The notes: generated by a model not told the origin, from the sequence alone. Positions 29,517 through 40,373 are shown, numbered from the stretch's first letter. The stretch is 64,000 nucleotides of DNA from Terriglobia bacterium (GCA_965198225.1 CBDAOY010000004.1:1-64000); one strand, 5' to 3'. Program-made: numbers and translations.

Positions 29517-30995
29517 ATGGAACAGGAAAGACATCATGGTCTCGACCGACGACGGGCCGGCGTCCTGCTCCACCCCACTTCGCTCCCTGGCTCTTTCGAT
29601 CATGGTGTACTCGGACCCGACGCTCATCGATTCGTCGACTTTCTCTGTTCAGCTGGATTCACGGTCTGGCAGACGCTGCCGCTCGGCCCCGTCGACGCTA
29701 CTCTTTTGCCCTACCGGGTGAAATCCTCCCGTGCCGGGAACCCCCGGTTGATAGCACTGGATCTGCCCGACGATGTCCCTTGGCGTCCTTCCGCCAGGGC
29801 GCTGGACGGTGCCAGGAACTGGGAACCCCGTCGAAAACTCATCCGTTGGACCTTCGATCAGTTCTGCCGACTGGCCCCGGAGGTGGAACGACGTCGGTTT
29901 GCATCGTTCATCAGGTCAGAGAGGGTATGGTTGCTACCGTTCGCGCTGTTTGAGGCCCTCAAAGAGCGGTTCGATGGTCGTGCCTGGTGGGGATGGCCCG
30001 AGCGTCTGCGGAACCGTGATCCCGAGGCCCTCCGGCGGGCCAGGATCGAGGAACGTGAAGCGATCCGTCGCGTCGCATTCGAGCAGTTTGTGTTCACGGT
30101 GCAGTGGCAGGCACTGAAGCGCTACGCCAACGACAGGGGCGTCTATCTGTTCGGCGACCTGCCAATCTACATCGGCCTGGACAGCGTTGACGTCTGGTGG
30201 CAGCGTGAGTTGTTCCTCATGGAGCCAAGCGGCAGACCGGCCCGGGTTGCCGGGGTACCCCCCGATTACTTCAGCGAGGATGGGCAACTCTGGGAAAACC
30301 CGGTCTATGACTGGGAACGCATGCGGTCGGATGGCTTTCGCTGGTGGATCGACCGAGTCCGCTCTGAGCTCCAGCGGTTCGATCTGCTTCGAATCGACCA
30401 CTTCCGCGCGCTGGAAGCTTATTGGGAAGTACCGGGTGGGGCGACAACGGCGAGAGACGGCCGATGGGCGCCGGGGCCCGGTGCCGATCTCCTAGAAGCG
30501 CTCAGCAAAGAGGTCGCCATGGACCGTCTTGTCGCGGAAGATCTGGGCACCATAACACCCGCTGTGCTCGCACTGCGGGACCGATTCGGCCTCCCCGGCG
30601 TTCTGGTGCTGCAGTTTGCGTTCGACGGCTCTCCAGACAATCCATTTCTTCCACAGAACCATCGCGCGCACGCAATCGTCTATCCGGGGACTCACGACAA
30701 TGACACGATCCTCGGCTGGTATACCTCCCTCGACGACAGGACCCGGGAGTTGGTGAATCAGCAACTGCAGTGTCGGGCCGATGAGATGCCGGGTGCCCTG
30801 ATTCGCGCTGTTCTGGGGTCACCGGCGAAGCTGGCCATCGTGCCGATGCAGGACGTTCTGGAACTCGGGTTTGGACACCGCATGAATACGCCTGGGACGA
30901 CGACAGGTAATTGGGCGTGGCGCTTCGGGTGGGAGGCGCTGACCTCGTCCCACGCGCGTGGGTACCGCGATCTGCTCGAACGCTTTGGGCGTTAG
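29517..30995 (+). CDS. malQ: 4-alpha-glucanotransferase (GH77)
   Basis: RRAGVLLHPTSLP, GDLPIY, AGVPPDYFSEDGQLW, RIDHFR, AEDLG, GTHDNDT, RMNTPG. Confidence 0.95.
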   Translation: MEQERHHGLDRRRAGVLLHPTSLPGSFDHGVLGPDAHRFVDFLCSAGFTVWQTLPLGPVDATLLPYRVKSSRAGNPRLIALDLPDDVPWRPSARALDGARNWEPRRKLIRWTFDQFCRLAPEVERRRFASFIRSERVWLLPFALFEALKERFDGRAWWGWPERLRNRDPEALRRARIEEREAIRRVAFEQFVFTVQWQALKRYANDRGVYLFGDLPIYIGLDSVDVWWQRELFLMEPSGRPARVAGVPPDYFSEDGQLWENPVYDWERMRSDGFRWWIDRVRSELQRFDLLRIDHFRALEAYWEVPGGATTARDGRWAPGPGADLLEALSKEVAMDRLVAEDLGTITPAVLALRDRFGLPGVLVLQFAFDGSPDNPFLPQNHRAHAIVYPGTHDNDTILGWYTSLDDRTRELVNQQLQCRADEMPGALIRAVLGSPAKLAIVPMQDVLELGFGHRMNTPGTTTGNWAWRFGWEALTSSHARGYRDLLERFGR

Positions 30996-31204
30996 CTGCC
31001 CTAAACACCACGGCGTTTTGGGGGAGGAATTTCTCAGCGACAGCCCCCCAGGCACAAATCCGGTTAGATGCGTTGGGTTTCATGTCGCTGTTTGGTTGCT
31101 TCCAACCGCCCTCTTCCATAAGATTCACCCAGTTTTTCCTTAGCGGCGCAACATCCCCTGTTTGCGATCCATGGAGAAACGATTTCGTTCGCCCGAGGTT
31201 GCCG

Positions 31205-31490
31205 ATGGAGCCCTCTTCGAATCAGATCACGAGATTGCTTCAGGCTTGGACCGGCGGCGATGAGAATGCACTGGGGGAGCTGACGCCCATCGTCTACCGC
31301 GAACTTCGAGCGATGGCCCGGCGATACATAGCCGGGGAGCGTCCCGGCCACACCTTGCAGGCTACGGCCCTGATCAACGAGGCCTACGTCCCGTTGATCG
31401 ACTGGAAGAATGTCCGCTGGCAGAACCGGGCCCACTTCTTCGCCGTCTGTGCCGGGATGATGCGGCGCATACTTGTGGATTCCGCACGAG
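31205..31490 (+). pseudogene. ECF sigma factor (TIGR02999-type) N-terminal half only
   Basis: ITRLLQAWTGGD..YRELRAMA..HTLQATALINEAY..NRAHFF..MRRILVDSAR, then unrelated sequence. Confidence 0.85.
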
Positions 31491-31988
31491 CACTTCGAGA
31501 GGGTATCCTTCTCCAAGAAGGATGCTGCGAGCAGTTGCGCGCGTCCTGCGATCGCCTCACGGCCCTTCAATCCCGAGACAATCGGCTAAGAGAGCTGCAT
31601 TATTCAAAAGAAAGAATGCGGCTGGAAGTCTTCCCTGAATATGCGGGCACTATAGGTTGGACCGAAAGACGGTGCAAGTTTTTTGTCGCTCCGGGGAGGG
31701 AGAACGAACAAGCAGATCAGAGGCTGTGCGAATTGGACGAACGCGAGTGCCCGCTACACCCCTTCGTCAAACACCGCCTCCCGCTTTTCTCCCGCCGCAA
31801 AGCTCAACCTTTCGTCACGTTCCACGTTTTCTGGACGGCGAAGAACCCGAGAACCAGTTGAAAATATTAACGTTTCATCACGAATCACGTGTTAGCGATC
31901 ATGACTCAAAATCTGGCGGGGATCACTCCCGTGGGGGTTCAAGCTGATAAGTAAAACAAGAGGGGTTCGGAGGGCAGGGGGTGGCGGG

Positions 31989-32094
31989 GCGGATAAGCGG
32001 AATAAGCAGGTCTGACGACTATGGCAGGGCTGAATTGTCGTCGTATGGGTGTTATGTACACCCGCGCGCGGCCGCAGGCCGTCGCGCGGATTCA
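31989..32094 (-). repeat. IS91/ISCR-like end (putative oriIS), copy 1
   Basis: gcggataagcggaataagcagg(g)tctgacg.ctatggcagggctgaattgtcgtcgtatgggtgttatgtacacccgcgcgcggccgcaggccgtcgcgcgg, near-identical to 34573-34683. Confidence 0.85.
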
Positions 32095-32257
32095 GGAGCC
32101 GGGCCTTGTTCGGACTGCGTTCGATCCCCAATGGATCGGCTACACCTCGGCTCTCGCGGCGCTACCTCGGTGAGCCGGCTCGCCGTCACGTCGTCGTTTG
32201 AACCGGCCCGCTCCCGCCTTGTTGCGAACCGAGCACTCGAAGGTGCACAATGCTGGC

Positions 32258-33223
32258 ATGGAGTCTGTGTTGCGCGAAGTGCTGCGGGATTCGAGAGCGC
32301 CCAGGCGTCTACCATTGCTCTTGCTTCCAGTGGTCTTGTTTTACGGCGTTCCGCTAATCCCCTACCCCTACGGGAACGCCATGCTGACGTCCCTGGGCGT
32401 GCGGCTCGCTTACCTCATCTTCGTCGCGCTCGTAGCCAGCCTTACCGGGTCCGTTTTGGGTTCGGTGCGGCGGGTGTACACGCGAAGGTTTGGAAACCAG
32501 GGGCGAGCGGGGATCCAATGGGGCATGCCGGCCGCGCAGATGGGGACGTTCGCCTTCGCGGCCTTGCTGATCGTCTCTGGTCTCCTCGATCGCAATCCCT
32601 ATTTACTCCTCATGCCGGGCCTTACCATCGTTGGCATCCTAGCCGTAGTGGCCGTATTCCTGTTCCGCGAAGAGGTCCGCTCCCTGTTCATCGGCGAAGA
32701 GAGCCAGGGTGCAGTGCCATCGGGCGACGGGCGGCTCAGAGAGACTCCCGGCGGCCCGCAGCAGCCGCGCATCGTGGTGAGCTACCGCAGGGAAGACACA
32801 GGGCACGTCGCCGGGAGGCTCCACGACCGACTCTCGAGCGAGTTCGGCTCCGAATTCGTATTCATGGACATCGACAACATCGAGCCCGGATCGGATTTCA
32901 AGGAGGCGATCGAGTCCGCGGTCGAGGCTGCCGACGTGCTGGTTGCCGTGATCGGCACTCGGTGGCTCAGCCTCACCGATCGAGAAGGGATGCGGCGGCT
33001 CGACGATCCGTCGGACTACGTGCGACTGGAGATCGGCACGGCCTTCGGCCGTGACATCCGGGTCATCCCCGTGCTCACCAATGACGCGGAGATGCCTGCC
33101 GAATCCGAGCTGCCCGACGACCTCCGACCCCTTTCTCGTCGACAAGCCATCGAGGTCGGGCACAAGAGCTTCCATTCCAACGTCGATGACCTGGTGCGTT
33201 CGGTCAGGAACGTCCGCTCCTGA
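32258..33223 (+). CDS. Membrane protein (about 4 TM) with C-terminal TIR_2 domain
   Basis: IVVSYRRED..AGRLHDRL..VFMDIDNIEPG..DYVRLEI..VIPVL. Confidence 0.88.
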   Translation: MESVLREVLRDSRAPRRLPLLLLPVVLFYGVPLIPYPYGNAMLTSLGVRLAYLIFVALVASLTGSVLGSVRRVYTRRFGNQGRAGIQWGMPAAQMGTFAFAALLIVSGLLDRNPYLLLMPGLTIVGILAVVAVFLFREEVRSLFIGEESQGAVPSGDGRLRETPGGPQQPRIVVSYRREDTGHVAGRLHDRLSSEFGSEFVFMDIDNIEPGSDFKEAIESAVEAADVLVAVIGTRWLSLTDREGMRRLDDPSDYVRLEIGTAFGRDIRVIPVLTNDAEMPAESELPDDLRPLSRRQAIEVGHKSFHSNVDDLVRSVRNVRS

Positions 33224-33434
33224 GACGTTGCGGGTCGCGGGGCGGGCCGCGGCTCCGGCGCGAGCAGAACGGATCGACTGCCACACGATTGGCGACTCGA
33301 CCCCCGTCATCCTCGACGCGATACTCCGTCGAGAGACCCCTGTCCGAGTTTTCCTATCGACTCTTGCGCGCCGACGAGGCGGAAGACCCGGTAGAGTTCA
33401 TCCACTCGATCTACGGGTCCGACTATCCCTCCGA

Positions 33435-33504
33435 GCGGATAAGCGGAATAAGCAGGGTCTGACGACTATGGCAGGGCTGAATTGTCGTCGTATGGGTGTT
33501 ATGT
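33435..33504 (-). repeat. IS91/ISCR-like end, copy 2 (shorter)
   Basis: Same left boundary gcggataagc, about 70 bp near-identical to the other copies. Confidence 0.85.
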
Positions 33505-33618
33505 CAACCCGGCGATCTGGAGTAACCGCAATCCTGCGTGGCTCGGCGCGCGCACCTCGCGCCGTGGTTCCAGACGAAGAAAGCCTCGTGATGGTTCGAG
33601 GTTACTATTGTGGCCGCG

Positions 33619-34530
33619 TCAGGGGTTTGTTGTTGCCGGCGGAGACGGCTGACTGCTACTGGTGTTCATCACGAACCCGGTGGCATTGGCGAGTTGTTCG
33701 AGGGTGAGCACATCGGTGATCCACTGGCCGTCAATGATCCACGTCGGGTAGGTTCTTATGCCAACCGCTGTACATGCGGCAGCCGCGCGAGCGTTTCGGC
33801 CATTGGGACTGCATTCGATGTATGGAAGCCGGCTCGCTGAAGGTCCGAAAAACCTCTTCTGATCCTGGCAGTGTGGGCACCACGACGCTCCATAGAACTT
33901 TACGCCCTTCTCAGTGAGGTGTTCCGCGAGGGCCCGGGCCATCGGGTCCTCCGGTCCGAGAGGCTCCGGCAATGGGGCAGTGTAGTTGAGATGAAGCGCC
34001 ACGATGAAAAGAGCCGCGAGCACCCCCCGGCCACGAACGAGACGCCCCCATGGGCGGTTCACCACCTCCGTCGGCCGCTGGTAAATGACCAGGGCCAGCG
34101 TGGCCGCCATCAGCGTGAGCGACGTCAGGCAATACGGACAGGTCGCCTTGAGGATAAGTAGGGAAACGGCGGTCAAATAAACGCTGTAGCAGAAACCGAA
34201 GAATGCCGCTGAAAACGCGTAGGACCAGTGCTGGTCGACCCGGCGGACAAAGGCGATTCCTCCGATTCCGGTGTATGCCAGCAATCCCCAGAACGCTGTC
34301 GGCAGGCCGAACAGGATTGCCCACCGACTTGTCAATACGACGTCGCATCCGCCGCCTGCGGCACATCCTCTAACCGCCGCACCCGTGAACGAGGTCCATG
34401 CCAGGTAGCTGGTCAATACCATCCCAATTCCGCTCAGCACCAGCAATGGCCAGTTGGGCGTCGTACGCAAGGCAGGCCCGGTCACTGGGCGCGCGTTTGC
34501 CTGCCGCCATCTTTTCGATTTTTTCCCCAT
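33619..34530 (-). CDS. VKOR-thioredoxin-like fusion (disulfide bond formation)
   Basis: C..GGGCDVVLTSRWA, TCPYC, FYGASWCPHCQDQK, YIECS..C..YPTW. Confidence 0.92.
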   Translation of the reverse strand: MGKKSKRWRQANARPVTGPALRTTPNWPLLVLSGIGMVLTSYLAWTSFTGAAVRGCAAGGGCDVVLTSRWAILFGLPTAFWGLLAYTGIGGIAFVRRVDQHWSYAFSAAFFGFCYSVYLTAVSLLILKATCPYCLTSLTLMAATLALVIYQRPTEVVNRPWGRLVRGRGVLAALFIVALHLNYTAPLPEPLGPEDPMARALAEHLTEKGVKFYGASWCPHCQDQKRFFGPSASRLPYIECSPNGRNARAAAACTAVGIRTYPTWIIDGQWITDVLTLEQLANATGFVMNTSSSQPSPPATTNP

Positions 34531-34572
34531 AAACGGAATGATAACTGAAAAAGCAGTTTCAGTGACGTTGAT

Positions 34573-35250
34573 GCGGATAAGCGGAATAAGCAGGGTCTGA
34601 CGCCTATGGCAGGGCTGAATTGTCGTCGTATGGGTGTTATGTACACCCGCGCGCGGCCGCAGGCCGTCGCGCGGGGGATTCAAGGCAGGATGTTCCGGGC
34701 AGGCGGCTGATTCAGGGCAGTTTTTCGTCTTGCGGAGACACACCCATCCCGCGGCGTCGTGACGTCGACGTTCAGAAGTCGTCCATCTGGCAGTTGTAGT
34801 CGGAAGAGGCCGGCGCCACAGGCGGGGCGCGGGAAGGCAGGCCCAGGCACTCCAGGATTCTTACTGTGATCGTGGGCGGACGAATTGCTGCAAGGATTTT
34901 CATCCTTCCGCCGCAATGTTCACACTGAAGAACGTCCACCAGGAAGGCACGTTTCATCAACTCCGCCCAGGTGTAAGATTGCGCGCAGATGATTCCGTGC
35001 AGGGCTCAGCCGCAACAGTCAGCTCGGCTGATTGTTGGGCATTAGGCTGCGGTTTCACCTCGGTCTCCCTGCGATTGTCATGGCTGGCTGGAACGATCAG
35101 GGACCTCCACGCCGCAGCAGGGCCAGGTACTCCGTGATACCTCGTCAGGTGAGCGCGCGGCGCCGGGACCAGGGCCGCCAGTTTCGCGATGAAGTCCTGG
35201 CGCTCGAAAACCACAGCGGTGGTTCCGTCACGCCATGGACGTTTCAAACG
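34573..35250 (-). mobile_element. Truncated IS91/ISCR-type element: end copy 3 plus frameshifted 3' part of the transposase
   Basis: KRPWRDGTTAVVF..FIAKLAALVPAPRAHLTRYHGV and WAELMKRAF.VDVLQCEHCGGRMKILAAI..ILECLGLP; repeat lies downstream of the tnp stop at 34772. Confidence 0.85.
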
Positions 35251-35335
35251 GTAGTGGAGCCGGCGGGCGACCGGACGGTCGCGCTCCTGTTGTCTGGCGA
35301 AAAAGTGGTCCTCAGGGTTTGACGGAGGCGGATCG

Positions 35336-36142
35336 CTACGGTTCGCAGGTCGGGGCGAGGGATTCCATCAACGTCAGGCTGATGCGATCCTGATCGGAGT
35401 CGCGCAGCAGCACTCCCTTCGCCATCATCTTGTGACCCCTGTACTCGGAGGGCTCGAAGGCGCCGAGCATCAGGAGGTTCCGCAGCTGGAACGCGCGCGT
35501 TCCCAGCGGCTTCTTCGCGGCGGCCTGCAGTTCTTCGGGAATCGTTGTGTCCAGTGTGCGGGTCCTGGCAGCCTCGGGAGCCATCGTCAGCATCCAGTCG
35601 TCTTCGGACTCCTCGGTCAGGCAACCGATCACCTGCACTGTTGCGCGGTGCGGCAGAGGTTTGGGCCCGTCCTCCCCTTCGATCCGGATGCTTCCAAGAC
35701 TGCCGGCGCCCAATTCGGTTGAGGCGGTCGGGAACCCGTTCGACTGTAACAGGTAGGCAAGTATGTCGACGTACTGTTCGTCGGTGAGAATTCCGGGGTC
35801 GTTTCTCGGCATCAACGTACTCATCAGGGTATAGAGGCTCTGGAGACTGTCCTCCCGCCAGCGTTCCATGAACTGCTCGCCCCGAAGCGGTGGATCAGGC
35901 CGCCCCGCCCGGCCGCCCTCCAGAGAGACCCCGTGGCAGCCTGCGCACCGCGCTCCTTCGTAGAAGGCGCGGCCCCTTGCGGCCTGGCCATCCGTGTACA
36001 CTCCGTTCCAGACGGTCACCTGTTCCGTACCGGGGGGTGTGGTCGCTTGAGCCCCGGCTTTCTCGGTGAGGAGCCCGAGGCCTCCGAGGACGAGGACAGG
36101 AATCAAGCAGGTCGGCAGTCTCTGAAACATGGTGTCCCCCAT
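35336..36142 (-). CDS. Secreted cytochrome c domain protein
   Basis: VWNGVYTDGQAARG..CAGCHG..MP; signal peptide. Confidence 0.85.
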   Translation of the reverse strand: MGDTMFQRLPTCLIPVLVLGGLGLLTEKAGAQATTPPGTEQVTVWNGVYTDGQAARGRAFYEGARCAGCHGVSLEGGRAGRPDPPLRGEQFMERWREDSLQSLYTLMSTLMPRNDPGILTDEQYVDILAYLLQSNGFPTASTELGAGSLGSIRIEGEDGPKPLPHRATVQVIGCLTEESEDDWMLTMAPEAARTRTLDTTIPEELQAAAKKPLGTRAFQLRNLLMLGAFEPSEYRGHKMMAKGVLLRDSDQDRISLTLMESLAPTCEP

Positions 36143-36513
36143 CGGCTACGCACCGGCGCAGGATCTCGGCGACGTACCGGCCCGTTGAATATGACCGAAA
36201 TCCAGTGCTGGCGCGGCAATGACTGAAGAGAGATTAGGATGTCCCGACCCCCGTTGGCAAGCTCTGAAGAGGTTGGCCGAAACCACCTCACGACGGCCTC
36301 CGTCACGGAGCGGCCGCTGGTCCGAACCCGTTGTCGGGGACTCTGGCGTCACTGGGGGTGGCGAAAACAATTGACGCCCGGCCAACAGGCTTTTAATCTC
36401 GGCTAAGCAACTCGGCTAAACAATCTGAAACCAAAGGATCAGATGCAGACTTCCCCGTTTGCGTTAAAGCCAGCCCGGATGGCCATGTGTCGGTCAGATC
36501 AAAGGAGACCCGG

Positions 36514-38928
36514 ATGAAAGTGATCCTGCCGGTGATCGGTGGCTTGATGGGGCTGTCGGCGATGGTCCTGGGCCAGACCGGCCCGATGTCCGCCGAATCG
36601 CAGCGCGCACTCGTGGACCAGTACTGCGCCCACTGCCACAACGATCTGGAGCAATCGGGCGGGTTTTCCTGGACGGCAGTCGACCTGAACCACGTCGAGT
36701 TGAGCGCGGAACAGATGGAAAAGGTCATCCGCAAGGTGCGATCCGGCATGATGCCCCCGGCTGGCGCGGCTCGCCCGGGCGCGGACACCCTGAAGGCGTT
36801 CGCCTCGGCTCTGGAGGAGCGCCTCGACCAGGCTGACGCCGCGGAGCCTTATTTCGACAAGCCGGAATTACATCGGGTCAACCGGACGGAGTACCGCAAT
36901 GCGGTCCGCGATCTACTTGGTGTCGACGTGGATGTTTCCGCGCTTCTACCGCCCGATCCCAGGAGCGCCGGCTTCGACAACATGTCGGACGCACTGACGA
37001 TCACTCCGGCGCTCATGGACGGTTACCTGAACGCCGCCCACAAGATCAGCCGCCTGGCGGTTGGCGACCCGGCGATGTCGCCCTTCGTCGTGTACTACAA
37101 CGTCCCACGCGTCGTGAACCAGATGCGCCACGTCGAAGGGGCGCCCTTTGGAACGCGCGGCGGCATTTCGGTTATCCACAATTTCCCGGCAGACGGCCGG
37201 TACAAATTCACGGTGGAACCTCATTTCAACTACGGCGATCGCACTCGCGGCCTCTTCGGCACTTCGCTTCCGGAGAGGATCAGGGAGCAGCAGATGGAGA
37301 TCTCCGTGGACGGCGAGAGGGTCGCGATATTCGGGGTTGACGAGGACCTGTACGAGGGGCAAGACCCGTCATCGGGTTCTTATGGCAATGTGATCACGGA
37401 TCCGATCGAGGTCAAAGCAGGTCAGCGGAGAGTCTCTGCCGCGTTCATCTCCACTTATGACGGACCGGAGCAGGACCTCTACCGGCTTGCCGAGCAGACA
37501 CTGGCAGATCCCCTCGCGGGCGACAAGCCGGGAATGACCTTCCTGCCTCACCTGCAGACTTTCGCCGTCGCGGGTCCGTTCGATCCAACCGGGGTGTCGG
37601 AGATGGACAGCCGAAACAGGCTCTTCATCTGCCGGCCCGCGAATCCCGACGAGGAGGAAGCCTGCGCCACGGAGATCGTTTCGAGGCTGGCGAGACTGGC
37701 GTTCCGCCGACCCGTGAATGCGGAGGACCTCGAGTGGGCGATGACTTACTACCAGCGGGGGCGGGACTCCGGGGATTTCGACGCCGGGATCCTGACCGCG
37801 CTCCAGGCCATCATGTCGAACCCGGAGTTCGTGTTCCGCTTCGAGAGCGTTCCGACCGGCGCCCGCCCGGATGAGCCCTACCGGATCAGCGACCTGGAGC
37901 TGGCGGCGCGCATGTCGTTCTTCCTCTGGAGCAGCGGCCCAGACGACGAGTTGATCGAGGTTGCGAGCCAGGGGAAGCTCAAGGATCCGGCGGTGCTGGA
38001 ACAGCAGGTCAGGCGGATGCTGGCCGATCCTCGTTCGGAAACGCTCGCGACGAACTTCGCCGCGCAGTGGCTGGGTCTGGGAAACCTGAACGACTTTATT
38101 CCCGAGCCCAAACTGTTCCGCGATTTCACCCGCAACCTGGCGCACTCGATGCGTCGCGAAGTCGAGCTGCTGTTCCAGAGCATCTTAAGGGAAGACCGAA
38201 ACGTCATCGACCTTCTCACCGCGGACTACACGTTTGTCGATGAGATCCTCGCCCGGCACTACGGAATCCCGCGCGTGCTGGGCAGCCGCTTCCAGCGTGT
38301 GGCGCTGACGGACCCTGCAAGGTATGGCCTGCTGGGTAAGGCCGGTATCCTCACGATGACGTCACTGGCGAACAGAACATCTCCCGTCGCCCGCGGCAAG
38401 TACGTCCTGGAGGTTCTTATCGGCTCACCGCCGCCGCCGCCGCTCCCTGCTGTTCCTCCCCTGAAGGAAGCCGCGATCAACGAGAAGGTCCTATCGGTGC
38501 GCGAGCGTATGGAGCAGCACAGAGACAATCCCGCATGCCGTGCCTGTCACCAGATCATGGACCCCATTGGTCTGGCGCTCGAGAATTTTAATGCCGTCGG
38601 GCTGTGGCGCACGAGGGACTTCGGCGCCGAAATCGATCCGTCCGGTACGATGTACGACGGCGCGAAGCTCGACGGTCCCATCAGCGTGCGGCAGGCGGTC
38701 CTCGGCCGATCCGAGGCCTTCATCGGAAACTTCACGGAGAAGCTGCTGGCGTATGGTGTGGGCCGCGTGCTGGACTACCGCGATATGCCCGTGGTGCGAT
38801 CGGTCGTGCGGGAAGCATCGGAGAACAACGATCGATTCTCCTCGTTCGTTCTGGCTATCGTCGGGAGCCGGGCTTTCCAGATGAACAAGACGCCGGAGGG
38901 CACGGATGTGGCTGCCGGCAGGCGGTAA
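36514..38928 (+). CDS. DUF1592-type (PSD/PSCyt domain) heme protein
   Basis: CAHCH, RVNRTEYRNAVRDL, GFDN, ELAARMSFFLWSSGPD, RTSPVARGK, CRACH. Confidence 0.9.
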   Translation: MKVILPVIGGLMGLSAMVLGQTGPMSAESQRALVDQYCAHCHNDLEQSGGFSWTAVDLNHVELSAEQMEKVIRKVRSGMMPPAGAARPGADTLKAFASALEERLDQADAAEPYFDKPELHRVNRTEYRNAVRDLLGVDVDVSALLPPDPRSAGFDNMSDALTITPALMDGYLNAAHKISRLAVGDPAMSPFVVYYNVPRVVNQMRHVEGAPFGTRGGISVIHNFPADGRYKFTVEPHFNYGDRTRGLFGTSLPERIREQQMEISVDGERVAIFGVDEDLYEGQDPSSGSYGNVITDPIEVKAGQRRVSAAFISTYDGPEQDLYRLAEQTLADPLAGDKPGMTFLPHLQTFAVAGPFDPTGVSEMDSRNRLFICRPANPDEEEACATEIVSRLARLAFRRPVNAEDLEWAMTYYQRGRDSGDFDAGILTALQAIMSNPEFVFRFESVPTGARPDEPYRISDLELAARMSFFLWSSGPDDELIEVASQGKLKDPAVLEQQVRRMLADPRSETLATNFAAQWLGLGNLNDFIPEPKLFRDFTRNLAHSMRREVELLFQSILREDRNVIDLLTADYTFVDEILARHYGIPRVLGSRFQRVALTDPARYGLLGKAGILTMTSLANRTSPVARGKYVLEVLIGSPPPPPLPAVPPLKEAAINEKVLSVRERMEQHRDNPACRACHQIMDPIGLALENFNAVGLWRTRDFGAEIDPSGTMYDGAKLDGPISVRQAVLGRSEAFIGNFTEKLLAYGVGRVLDYRDMPVVRSVVREASENNDRFSSFVLAIVGSRAFQMNKTPEGTDVAAGRR

Positions 38929-39002
38929 ACGAGTTCTCAAACGGGCTATCAGGGGCGAGTGATTTCGATCCAGCGTTCCCATCATTTCAGGAGGCAATAG
39001 CG

Positions 39003-40373
39003 ATGTTCCTCACGAAAAAGCATATTTCACGGCGCACGGTTCTGCGTGGCATGGGTGCCGCGGTGTCGCTGCCGTTTCTGGAGTCCATGGTTCCGGCGCA
39101 GACACCCCTCCGCAAGACCGCGGCCGCGCCACGAAGCCGCCTGGCCTGCCTGGAAATGGTGCACGGTTCGGCCGGCTCCACCCCTCACGGAACAGACGCC
39201 AACCTCTGGATGCCGGCCGAGGTGGGTCCCGATTTCACATTCTCGCCGATCCTGAAACCGGTGGAGCGGTTTCGGGACTACATCACGGTCGTCACGATGT
39301 GCGACAGCGAACCGGCGGAAGCCAGCACGCCTGAAGAGGTGGGTGCGGACCATTTTCGGTCCAGTGCCGTGTTCCTGACGGCCGCCAAGCCGAAGCGGAC
39401 CGAAGGGTCTGACGTCTATTGCGGTACGTCGATCGACCAGCTCTATGCACAGAGGTTCGGCCAGGACACGCCGCTGCCGTCGACTCAGCTTGGCATCGAG
39501 AACCTGGATGCGTCGGGAACGTGCGCTTTCCGCTACAGTTGCGTCTATTCGGACACGATCGTCTGGTCGTCGCCCTCGACGCCGGTCCCGATGGTGATCG
39601 AGCCGCGCATGGTTTTCGAGCAGCTCTTCGGGCTTGGAGCGAACGAGGCGGAGCGCAAGGCCAACCGGGAGCTTAAAAAGAGCATCCTCGACGGGGTCAC
39701 GCACGTCGTGGCTCGGCTGAAGAAGGATCTGGATGCAGGCGATCGCGGCAGGCTCGACGCGTACTTGGACAACGTTCGCGAGATCGAGCGGCGGATCGAA
39801 GCTATCGAGGCATATAACGCCGGCGGCGGTCGCCGGAAGCTCCCCGAAGCGCCGGTAGGTGTGCCGGACTCCTGGGAAGATCATGTGAAGCTGATGTTCG
39901 ATCTCCAGGTGTTGGCGTTCGCCTCGGAGGTCACACGCGTTTCCGCTTTCAAGATGAGCAAGGACGCGAGCGGCCGTACCTTCCCGGAGAGCGGTAACAC
40001 CATGCCGTTCCACTCGGCGTCCCATCACGCCGAGGCTATACCTGCGATCGAGGCTTTCTCCAAGATCAACCGGTACCACGTGAGCGTGCTGGGGTACTTC
40101 CTGAACAGGTTGAAGAACACGCCCGATGGTGACGGCAATCTTCTGGACCACTCGCTCGTCCTCTATGGCAGCCCGATGGGCAACTCCAACACGCACAACC
40201 ACAAGAGGCAGCCGATGCTGCTGGCGGGCCATGCCGGCGGTCAGGTTAAGGGCAATCTGCATCTTCGCTGCGCGGAGGGAACGCCGGTGGCGAACGTGCT
40301 GCTGACCATGATGCAGAAGCTCGGGGTCGAGATCGAGCAGTTCGGAGACAGCACGGAATCCCTGGCGATCTGA
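39003..40373 (+). CDS. DUF1552 (HXXSHH) Tat-exported protein
   Basis: SRRTVLRG Tat motif, SIDQ, SILD, HSASHH, LLDHSL. Confidence 0.9.
   Translation: MFLTKKHISRRTVLRGMGAAVSLPFLESMVPAQTPLRKTAAAPRSRLACLEMVHGSAGSTPHGTDANLWMPAEVGPDFTFSPILKPVERFRDYITVVTMCDSEPAEASTPEEVGADHFRSSAVFLTAAKPKRTEGSDVYCGTSIDQLYAQRFGQDTPLPSTQLGIENLDASGTCAFRYSCVYSDTIVWSSPSTPVPMVIEPRMVFEQLFGLGANEAERKANRELKKSILDGVTHVVARLKKDLDAGDRGRLDAYLDNVREIERRIEAIEAYNAGGGRRKLPEAPVGVPDSWEDHVKLMFDLQVLAFASEVTRVSAFKMSKDASGRTFPESGNTMPFHSASHHAEAIPAIEAFSKINRYHVSVLGYFLNRLKNTPDGDGNLLDHSLVLYGSPMGNSNTHNHKRQPMLLAGHAGGQVKGNLHLRCAEGTPVANVLLTMMQKLGVEIEQFGDSTESLAI

Noticed and set aside
30911-31861. 316-aa full-length sigma factor fusion
   Set aside because: Only 31205-31490 resembles ECF sigma. 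The rest looks like chance read-through into unrelated sequence.
31989-34683. CRISPR array or attC sites
   Set aside because: Repeats are 70-110 bp, separated by whole genes and continuous with a transposase end. There are no cas genes and no RYYYAAC/GTTRRRY box pairs.
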